A stretch of DNA of 32,000 nt from Acidimicrobiales bacterium (GTDB lineage Bacteria > Actinomycetota > Acidimicrobiia > Acidimicrobiales > Aldehydirespiratoraceae): assembly GCA_963662645.2 (NCBI GenBank), contig OY759762.1:1802004-1834003 (forward strand). Reading direction: 5' to 3'. The notes under the pieces are model-generated. The model saw only the letters and a list, made by a program, of their open reading frames with translations, ran no database searches and was not told where the DNA came from. Numbering within the stretch: position 1 is the stretch's first letter; the number at the start of each line of letters is the position of its first letter. The translations under genes and the position numbers were made by a program. Positions 6,297 through 13,004 of this stretch are shown here, in pieces.

Positions 6297-8922
6297 CACG
6301 ACCCGACGCGACGATGACTTCCCGCCGAGCGCGCCGACACTGCGCGAGGCACAAGTCCCGTCCAGCGCGCCGACACTGCGCGAGTCCCCTTCGTCGCTCG
6401 AGTCGATGCGGGTTCACACCGGACCCGCCCAGCTGCCCAGCGAACTCACCGACAGCTATCGCCTGGTGCGCCAACTCGCCTCGGGCGGCGCGGAGGCGGC
6501 GCTGTTCGAGGTCGCCGAGACCGGTACCGGCGAGATCCGCGTCTTGAAGATCTACCACCAGCACGTGGCACTGCGAGGCGAGGCGCTGCTGCGCATTCGA
6601 TCGATCGACCCGGCCCATGTAGTGCATCTCGTCGACCACGGCCAGCTCGAGGACGGTCGATGGTACGAAGTGCAGGAACGGATCGAAGCCGGCAACCTCG
6701 TCGACTACCGATCGGGCGCGAGTCCCACGGAGAGCGACCTGGAGGAGGTCGTCGCAGAGTTGGGGGCTGCCATCGCGGCGTTCCACGGAGCCGGGCTCGC
6801 CCACCACGACATCAAGCCCGAGAACATCCTCGTCAGGAACATCTCGCCCCTCGACCTCGTGCTGGGCGACTTCGGGCTGTCGGTCGTGTCCGACAACCGC
6901 ACCTACTACGCGACCAACCGGCACGCCACCATCGCGTATCAGGCGCCTGAGACCATGCGACAGGTTGGAGGCGGCGCACGCGACTACTGGGCCGTCGGGC
7001 TCACCATCGCCATGCTCGCCACCGGCGAGACCCCGTACGCGGGCCTAAACGAACACGCCATCCTCGATCAGCACTACTACCGGATGCCGCCGGCCATCGT
7101 CGAGTCGATGCCGGAGGGCCGCCTCAAGCAGCTGTGTCGGGGACTGACCCGCTACGACCCCAAGACCCGCTGGTCCGAGCAGGAGGTCCGGAGTTGGCTG
7201 AGGGGCCACACTCCGGCCGTCGCGCCGGACGAGCCTCAACTTCCGGCCGACTCGACACGGGTCGTCCACTTCAACAACAAGCGGTTCACTGTTCCGGCCG
7301 CGCTGACCCGCGAGATATTGGAGTGCTGGTCGCTCGCGGCCGAGACCATCGGCGTGAGGGCCCGGCGAGAGCAGTTCATGGACGAGCTGATCCTGGCGTT
7401 CGGCACCGAGCCCCTCGCCATGCTGACCAGGCGGTGGAGCGCCGAACCGCCGCGCCGCGACCGCGTGGACGCCGCCATCGTCGAGCTGCTGCTGACGCTC
7501 GACCCCGAAGCTCCCGCCATCTACCGCTCCCGGCCCCTCGACGCGGCCACCATCGCCGCGGCGGCGCTCGGCGACTCCGAGGAGGACGCCCGCTTCGTTC
7601 GGGACCTCGGTGACCGCGGCCTGCTGTCGGCATGGTCCCACAGCGCCGACTACACGGAACTGGGCGACATCGACCAACGCTGGCAGGACGAGCTGAGTCG
7701 GGCCACCGAGATCATCTCCGAAGTCCGGGCCGCCGGGGCGGCCGCCCCTCCCATCGAGGTCTGGACCGCGCCCCTGCTGGCGGTGAGCGCTCGCGACGAA
7801 CTGATCGACGAATGGCAGCTGCAGCGCGCCCCGCGCCCCTTCGGTGACCTCATGCCCGGCTGGTACGAGCAGATCGCGGACGGATCGAGGCCGGCGGAGG
7901 TGATCGGCTCGGTGCTGCTCTTCACCGAGGCCCAGCGGGTTCAGCGCAACGCGGTAGAAGCACGGCACCGACAACAGCGGGAAGCCGAACGGTCGCGTCG
8001 CGACCGGAAGTACCGGGCACTCCTGTCACTCGCCGGCTGGACGGCGGCCGTGGCGTTCCTGGTCAGCTGGGTGCTGGCGCCAGGAGCGGGGCTCATCGTG
8101 TACGCGATCGCCTTCGCGCTCTTCCGCCAGTGGCGCAACGCCGTAGCCGACCGCCACAGAGTCCAAGAGTCGAGGGGGGAGACACCCGCAACCGAGGCGC
8201 ACGAGGTCGCCTTGTCGCTCTTCCGCCGCTGGTACCGCGCCAGGTCAGATCGCCGACGGGCCCGGCGGTCGAGGAGGGGGATCGTGTCTGCGGCGACCTC
8301 CGCCCTCGTCCGCCAGTCGCGCAATGCCAGGGATCGCCGCCGGGCCCGAGGTTCAGGGGGCGAGGTGCCCGCAACCGCGGCGCGTCCGGGCAGGGACGAG
8401 CTGTCCGCCAGCCGCAGAGCGGAGGCCTACGGGGTCCTGGCCTTCGGGCTTGTGGTGGCATGGGCGATAACCACGGACATCTGGCCACCGCTGGTGCGAC
8501 TGATCGCGAGCGACTCGCTCGACCTGGTAACCGTACGCCAGGACGGCTACAAGCTCGCCGGATTGGCGTCCCTAGCCTGGTCGCTGCTGTCGTTCCGGCA
8601 CCGCCGCAACGAGGGTCCTCCGACGGACGACCAGATCCAGCGACTGCGGGCCGCGGACCGCCGCACCTTGAGGAGGACCCTGCTGCTGACGTTGGTGTGG
8701 GGATTCGTCCGGTTCGCGAGCCTGTCCTTCTCGTGGTCGCGAGGCGCGGTCGCGACGCTGATGCTCAGCGTGTGGGTACCGGTCTCGCTCGGCGGCATGA
8801 GCCTGCTGGTGCGGGGGCGCTGGTCGCATCGCCGGGCCGGCACCAGATGGGCAGTGGTGCTGCTGGCCGCAGGCGCGGCTCTGTTCGCAACCGGACTGCT
8901 GCTGGAGTTCTTGCCGATCTAG
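6289..8922 (+). CDS. Hanks-type Ser/Thr protein kinase with a helical middle region and a multi-TM, Arg-rich-repeat C-terminal region
   Basis: Same frame as track ORF 6112..8922. Start taken as ATG 6289, which overlaps the PP2C stop by 8 nt (ATGGCTGA). Kinase motifs: IRVLKIY (catalytic Lys), HHDIKPENILV, DFGLS, AYQAPE, DYWAVGLTIAMLATGETPY. About 6-7 hydrophobic segments lie from roughly 8020 to the stop. Confidence 0.9.
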   Translation: MADTTRRDDDFPPSAPTLREAQVPSSAPTLRESPSSLESMRVHTGPAQLPSELTDSYRLVRQLASGGAEAALFEVAETGTGEIRVLKIYHQHVALRGEALLRIRSIDPAHVVHLVDHGQLEDGRWYEVQERIEAGNLVDYRSGASPTESDLEEVVAELGAAIAAFHGAGLAHHDIKPENILVRNISPLDLVLGDFGLSVVSDNRTYYATNRHATIAYQAPETMRQVGGGARDYWAVGLTIAMLATGETPYAGLNEHAILDQHYYRMPPAIVESMPEGRLKQLCRGLTRYDPKTRWSEQEVRSWLRGHTPAVAPDEPQLPADSTRVVHFNNKRFTVPAALTREILECWSLAAETIGVRARREQFMDELILAFGTEPLAMLTRRWSAEPPRRDRVDAAIVELLLTLDPEAPAIYRSRPLDAATIAAAALGDSEEDARFVRDLGDRGLLSAWSHSADYTELGDIDQRWQDELSRATEIISEVRAAGAAAPPIEVWTAPLLAVSARDELIDEWQLQRAPRPFGDLMPGWYEQIADGSRPAEVIGSVLLFTEAQRVQRNAVEARHRQQREAERSRRDRKYRALLSLAGWTAAVAFLVSWVLAPGAGLIVYAIAFALFRQWRNAVADRHRVQESRGETPATEAHEVALSLFRRWYRARSDRRRARRSRRGIVSAATSALVRQSRNARDRRRARGSGGEVPATAARPGRDELSASRRAEAYGVLAFGLVVAWAITTDIWPPLVRLIASDSLDLVTVRQDGYKLAGLASLAWSLLSFRHRRNEGPPTDDQIQRLRAADRRTLRRTLLLTLVWGFVRFASLSFSWSRGAVATLMLSVWVPVSLGGMSLLVRGRWSHRRAGTRWAVVLLAAGAALFATGLLLEFLPI
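6328..6384 (+). repeat. perfect 21-bp direct repeat (36-bp period) encoding a duplicated SAPTLRE motif at the kinase N-terminus
   Basis: agcgcgccgacactgcgcgag at 6328-6348 and 6364-6384, identical. Confidence 0.95.
8116..8375 (+). repeat. three degenerate repeats of about 90-100 bp encoding Arg-rich segments in the kinase tail
   Basis: Protein level: ALFRQWRNAVADRHRVQESRGETPATEA / SLFRRWYRARSDRRRARRSRRG / ALVRQSRNARDRRRARGSGGEVPATAA. DNA units start near 8116, 8215 and 8302 (gcgctcttccgccagtgg / tcgctcttccgccgctgg / gccctcgtccgccagtcg). Confidence 0.8.
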
Positions 8923-8934
8923 CGTCCGTGAGCG

Positions 8935-9438
8935 TCAGTAGACGGTGGCCCGGTTGGAGGGGTCCTTGTCGAGCTCGAACGACTGGTGCAGCGCACCAAC
9001 GGCCGGCTCCATGTCGTCGGCTCTGATCACGCACGAGATGCGGATGGCCGACGTGGAGATCATCTCGATGTTTATTCCGGCCGCCGCCAGCGTCTCGAAC
9101 ATCCGGGCGGCCACGCCCGGGTTGGTCTGCATGCCCGCACCGATCAGGCTCACCCGAGCGATGCCGTCGTCGGCGGAGACGTCGTCGGCGCCCAACTCAT
9201 CCATCAGTCCCTCAGCGACGGCCCGGGCTGCCTCGAGCTGCAAGCGGGGAACGGTGAAGCTGATGTCGGTGACGCCCTGACTCGACACGTTCTGCACGAT
9301 CATGTCCACGTTCACGTCGGTGTCGGCCAGCGCCCGGAACAGCCGGCCGGCCACGCCGGGCTTGTCGGCGACTCCCGAAACGGTCATCTTCGCTTCGCTG
9401 GCGTCGTGAGTGACGGCAGAGATGATGGCGTGTTCCAT
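8935..9438 (-). CDS. ask: candidate in-frame aspartokinase beta (regulatory ACT) subunit from an internal start
   Basis: Internal ATG (complement of 9436-9438; Met246, MEHAIISAVTHDASEAKMTVSGV) is preceded on the coding strand by GGGGAGGAAGCC-ATG, a strong Shine-Dalgarno sequence. It corresponds in position and sequence to the LysC-beta start known in Corynebacterium glutamicum. Confidence 0.5.
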   Translation of the reverse strand: MEHAIISAVTHDASEAKMTVSGVADKPGVAGRLFRALADTDVNVDMIVQNVSSQGVTDISFTVPRLQLEAARAVAEGLMDELGADDVSADDGIARVSLIGAGMQTNPGVAARMFETLAAAGINIEMISTSAIRISCVIRADDMEPAVGALHQSFELDKDPSNRATVY

Positions 9439-10173
9439 GGCTTCCTCCCCGGTAACTGTCGTGCCCGGCATCCAGCTGAAGGCGGACCGCACTCGCAGCT
9501 CCACGCCGTAGGTCCGGGCCAGCTCCACTGCCCGCATGGCCGGCTTCGGGCAGCCGCTGGCGGTCATCTCGAGCAGTTCATCGAATGAGATCACATCCAT
9601 GCGCCGCGCTTCGGGCGCTATGCGGGGGTCGGCGCTGAAGACCCCGGGCACATCGGTGTAGATCTCGCAGCAGTCCGCTTCGAGGACGTGGGCCAGCGCC
9701 ACGGCCGTGGTGTCGGAGCCTCCCCGGCCGAAGAACGTCACATCGCCGTCGCCGGACACCCCCTGAGAGCCGCCCACCACCGGAACTAGGCCCCGGTCCA
9801 GCGCCTCGGTTATGCGCCTCGGGGTGATCTGAACGATCTTGGCGTCAGTGTGGGAGGAGTCGGTGCGGAAACCGGCCTGGCTGCCGGTGAACGACGCGGC
9901 GGGAACTCCCAGATCGCTGAGCGCCATGGCCATGAGGGCACAGGCCTTGCGCTCGCCGCCGGTGATGAGCATGTCGACCTCGCGGCCGGGCGGATTCGAG
10001 GCCACATCGGAGGCCATTCGCAGCAGATCGTCGGTCTCGCTGCCCATCGCCGAGACGACCAGCACCACCTCGTCGCCGTGGTTGCGGCGGCGCGCCACAT
10101 GGTCGGCCACGACCCGAATGCGGTCGGGACCGGCCACCGAGGTACCACCGAACTTCTCAACGACGAATGTCAC
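8935..10173 (-). CDS. ask: aspartate kinase (aspartokinase), catalytic domain plus two ACT domains
   Basis: MTFVVEKFGGTSVAG (KFGGTS), VVLVVSAMGSETDDLL, FFGRGGSDTTAVALA, IYTDVPGVFSADPR and a C-terminal ACT-repeat region. Full-length 412-aa ORF. Confidence 0.95.
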   Translation of the reverse strand: MTFVVEKFGGTSVAGPDRIRVVADHVARRRNHGDEVVLVVSAMGSETDDLLRMASDVASNPPGREVDMLITGGERKACALMAMALSDLGVPAASFTGSQAGFRTDSSHTDAKIVQITPRRITEALDRGLVPVVGGSQGVSGDGDVTFFGRGGSDTTAVALAHVLEADCCEIYTDVPGVFSADPRIAPEARRMDVISFDELLEMTASGCPKPAMRAVELARTYGVELRVRSAFSWMPGTTVTGEEAMEHAIISAVTHDASEAKMTVSGVADKPGVAGRLFRALADTDVNVDMIVQNVSSQGVTDISFTVPRLQLEAARAVAEGLMDELGADDVSADDGIARVSLIGAGMQTNPGVAARMFETLAAAGINIEMISTSAIRISCVIRADDMEPAVGALHQSFELDKDPSNRATVY

Positions 10174-10287
10174 GGCTGATCAGGCTACCGGCGCCCCCAG
10201 TGGAGCCCGGCCGGAGACCGAGCGGTCAGGCCTCAGACATATCCACACCGCGGATGCTGCCGGAACCTCTCCGATCCGTGGCAGTCT

Positions 10288-10692
10288 GTGGGCGTGAGCG
10301 AAGCGCTCGCCGATGAGATCGTCCTCAGGGTGCCCGCGTCGATCGATCACGCGCGGATCTTGAGGGTCGGGGCCGCCGCGGTGGCCTTGCGCCAGGGAAT
10401 GTCGTTCACCGAGATCGACGAGCTCCGATCAGCAATTGACCGAGCCACCGAATTGCTGCTGGAGCGGCCGGTCGCCGAAGACGCCTCCATCGAGTGCGTG
10501 TTCAGGGCTCAGGGAGGATGCCTGGAGGTGGAGGCGCGGCGCACCGACGAGGCCAGGGTCGCGGCCACGGCCACGGCCCGATTCAAGAAGGCGGTCGACG
10601 CCTCGAACGTCACCGCCACGGTCGAGTCCGACCGGGGCCGGCTGCTCATGCGCAAACCTGTCGGCCGGCCCGGCAGCCGTCCCGCGGCCTAG
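10288..10692 (+). CDS. hypothetical protein; weak resemblance to RsbW/SpoIIAB-type anti-sigma HATPase-like proteins
   Basis: 134-aa ORF. The N-terminus IVLRVPASIDHARILRVGAAAVALRQGMSFTEIDELRSAIDRATELLL resembles the start of small actinobacterial anti-sigma regulatory-factor proteins, but the N-box Asn is not evident. The start is ambiguous (GTG 10288 or 10294). Confidence 0.45.
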   Translation: MGVSEALADEIVLRVPASIDHARILRVGAAAVALRQGMSFTEIDELRSAIDRATELLLERPVAEDASIECVFRAQGGCLEVEARRTDEARVAATATARFKKAVDASNVTATVESDRGRLLMRKPVGRPGSRPAA

Positions 10693-10813
10693 AGCGCCCG
10701 CGAACTAGTTTCCCGCGCTTGTTCACTGCGCTCACGGGCCGCTCGGGCCCTGGCCTCGCTTCCCGCTCACGCAAGACCCTCAGCCGACGCGGCCTATCCG
10801 CTCGGCCTCTCAG

Positions 10814-12441
10814 CCTGGATCCACCGGTGGGCGGCTGGTGTGGTGGGGGTTGGGGTTGGTTCGGCGCGTGGTGGGTTCTGGTGGGCGGCGCCGGGCGCCG
10901 CGGGCTGGTGCGGGCGTGCTGGGCCGGGGGTTGGGGCTTTGGCGGTTGGTGGCGCTGGGGGTGGTGCTGGGGGACGCCGGGCCCCTGGGTTCGGGGGTTC
11001 AGATGAGCAGGGGCAGGTTGCGGAGGTGTCGCAGCGCTCGGGTGAAGGTGTGCTGCCAGGGCCAGTCGGCGGGCAGGCGCAGGATGTGTCGTCGGCCGTG
11101 GTTGACGACGCGGCCGCAGACGGTGAGCAGCCGCTGTTTTTGTGTGTTGGCGACGGTGAGGCGGCCGGGGTGCTGGGCGCGGCCGAGGCGTGCGGTCCAG
11201 CGGGCGATGTTGTGGGCGAGCGAGGCGCAGGCGAGGTGGGCGGCGTTGGCGAAGAACCTGCCCGAGGGGCAGTGGGCGAGGCCGTTGTCTTTGAGGTCAC
11301 GAATGGCGAGCTCGACTCGGGCGTGGTCTCGGTGGTAGGCGTCGGCGGCGGCGGTGTCGAGGTCGTGGCGGTCAGTTATGAAGCAGTGGTGGCGCCAGTC
11401 GGGCCAGAGGGTTGCCTGTGCGCCTGTGAGGCGGCTGCGGCGCGCCACCAGCCGCAGCTTGCGGGGGCCGTCGGGGTCGCGGCGGCCGGTCTCGATGGTG
11501 GTCTCAGCGACCTGCGCTATGCCTTCTTCGGTGTAGGGGATCGGCGTCCAGGCTTTGTCCCCGATGGCGTCTATGGCTGCTGAGACCTTGGAGTTCTGCG
11601 GGATCGTGATCGAATACGACGCGCCGCGGGCCTCGATGGCGTCGATCATGTCATAGGAGAAGAACCCCGCGTCGGCGCGCACGGTCACCGCCGCGCCGGG
11701 AGCGAGACGACGCAGCCTCGCCAGGGTCTCGGCCACAAACCGCAGGTGGCCGCGCTGGGAGCTGCCGGACCGCATCCGGACGTGGACCATCTCGCCGGTG
11801 TCGTCTCTGGCCGCGACCAGCGGGTGATAGCCCAACACGCCGGTGTGGCCGTAGGCGGCGCCCTGCTTGGATGTGCCGTGGACCTCACAGACCGTGGAGT
11901 CCAGATCCACCGTGATCTCCCCAGCGTCGGGCGCCGCGCCCAAAGACCACGCCCGGCCGAGCGCCAGCTCGCCGGCGCGGTCGAGCTGGCGCACGTGTCC
12001 CCACGTGAACGAGCGCAGCCATGTCCCCAAAGTCGACGGCGCCAACGGCTCAAACGGCAGCACCGCCCCAGCAGAGCCCGCCCGCAGCCTGCTCGCGTCG
12101 TCGATGAACGAGCCGCCCACCAGCATCGACGCCGCCACCGACAGCGCCTTGGCCCCCGAGCCGCGCCCCGACCCGGGCGGGCGCACCGCCGCGTCGATCA
12201 GCGCCTCCAGCCCGAGGCGGTCCATCACCGTGCCCGCCAGCAACAGCCCCGCATCCGCCACCAAAGACCCGTCGTCGAAACGAACCTCCAACCCGTCGAT
12301 CCCACCCGATACGCTGCCCACAGGAAGTGCCTCCTCACGTGGCCGGAATGACCGTTACTGCAAACAGCATTCTCCCATGTCAGGAGGCCTTTCCGGTGGA
12401 CGCGCCAACCCCACAGCGCTCACCGCGCCGGTGGATCCAGG
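10814..12441 (-). mobile_element. IS1380-family insertion sequence, apparently intact (1628 bp)
   Basis: Perfect 14-bp terminal inverted repeats: cctggatccaccgg (10814-10827) and ccggtggatccagg (12428-12441). They are flanked by a 5-bp direct repeat CTCAG (10809-10813 and 12442-12446). The element contains a single transposase ORF. Size, CC-initiated inverted repeats and a 4-5 bp duplication fit the IS1380 family. Confidence 0.85.
10999..12321 (-). CDS. IS1380-family DDE transposase
   Basis: 440 aa. GAYGHTGVLGYHPLV, VTVRADAGFFSYDMIDAIEARGASYSITI, HHCFITD and the Y-x2-R-x3-E signature YHRDHARVELAIRDLK. GTG start with GAGGAGG 8 nt upstream. Confidence 0.9.
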   Translation of the reverse strand: MGSVSGGIDGLEVRFDDGSLVADAGLLLAGTVMDRLGLEALIDAAVRPPGSGRGSGAKALSVAASMLVGGSFIDDASRLRAGSAGAVLPFEPLAPSTLGTWLRSFTWGHVRQLDRAGELALGRAWSLGAAPDAGEITVDLDSTVCEVHGTSKQGAAYGHTGVLGYHPLVAARDDTGEMVHVRMRSGSSQRGHLRFVAETLARLRRLAPGAAVTVRADAGFFSYDMIDAIEARGASYSITIPQNSKVSAAIDAIGDKAWTPIPYTEEGIAQVAETTIETGRRDPDGPRKLRLVARRSRLTGAQATLWPDWRHHCFITDRHDLDTAAADAYHRDHARVELAIRDLKDNGLAHCPSGRFFANAAHLACASLAHNIARWTARLGRAQHPGRLTVANTQKQRLLTVCGRVVNHGRRHILRLPADWPWQHTFTRALRHLRNLPLLI

Positions 12442-12442
12442 C

Positions 12443-12880
12443 TCAGCGGCCGGTCGATCCGAAGCCCTGGTCGCCGCGCGTCGACGGATCGAGGCTCGGC
12501 ACCTCCACGAGCCGCACCTGCTCGACCGCCATCACGACCAGCTGAGCGATGCGCTCGCCCCGTTCGAGCGCGAAGGGGTGGAGCGGGTCGGTGTTCACCA
12601 GTATCACCTTGAGCTCGCCCCGGTAGCCGGAATCGATCAAGCCGGGAGTGTTGAGGCAGGTCACGCCGTGTTTGAGCGCGAGCCCGCTGCGAGGGAGCAC
12701 GAAGCCGGCGCAGCCCTCGGGCAACGACACGGCCATGCCGGTCGGCACCAGCGCACGGCCCCCGGCCGGCTGGATCGTCGTGGAGATGCGAGCCATCAGG
12801 TCGATGCCGGCGTCGCCGGGCCGGGCATAGCCGGGCAGGGGCAGGTCGGGATCGAGCCTCAGTATGGGAACCTCGAGCAC
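12443..12880 (-). CDS. dut: dUTP diphosphatase (trimeric dUTPase)
   Basis: GYARPGDAGIDL, PRSGLALKHG, GLIDSGYRGEL, C-terminal RGDQGFGSTGR. GTG start at 12880. The stop codon (complement of 12443-12445) lies inside the IS target-site duplication. Confidence 0.95.
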   Translation of the reverse strand: MLEVPILRLDPDLPLPGYARPGDAGIDLMARISTTIQPAGGRALVPTGMAVSLPEGCAGFVLPRSGLALKHGVTCLNTPGLIDSGYRGELKVILVNTDPLHPFALERGERIAQLVVMAVEQVRLVEVPSLDPSTRGDQGFGSTGR

Positions 12881-12889
12881 CGGCCGAGA

Positions 12890-12997
12890 GTAGCTGAACC
12901 GGCCCCGCGTGCCGGGTCGTTGTCCGCGCTGGTCGAGGCGGTCTCCGCAGCCGACGCGTTCGTAGCTGAACCGGCCTCGCGTGCCGGGTCGTTATCC
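12890..12997. repeat. two copies of a 36-bp direct repeat (72-bp period) in the dut/orn divergent intergenic region
   Basis: gtagctgaaccggccccgcgtgccgggtcgttgtcc (12890-12925) versus gtagctgaaccggcctcgcgtgccgggtcgttatcc (12962-12997); 34 of 36 positions identical. Confidence 0.9.
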
Positions 12998-13004
12998 TGC
13001 CGCG

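Noticed and set aside
1339-8922. A glycyl-radical acceptor motif (RVxG[FYW] or RxCGY) in the proteins neighbouring the NrdG-like gene
   Set aside because: I scanned all six operon translations by eye. The nearest strings (NRVGDN, DGYRVV) do not fit the motif or its usual C-terminal position, so no partner can be claimed.
10796-12458. Longer (16-29 bp) imperfect inverted repeats extending the IS ends into the dut 3' end
   Set aside because: The extension beyond 14 bp arises because CTCAG is nearly self-complementary, plus 9/13 chance-level matches further out. The model with 14-bp inverted repeats and a 5-bp duplication explains both flanks and leaves the dut C-terminus (GFGSTGR-stop) native.
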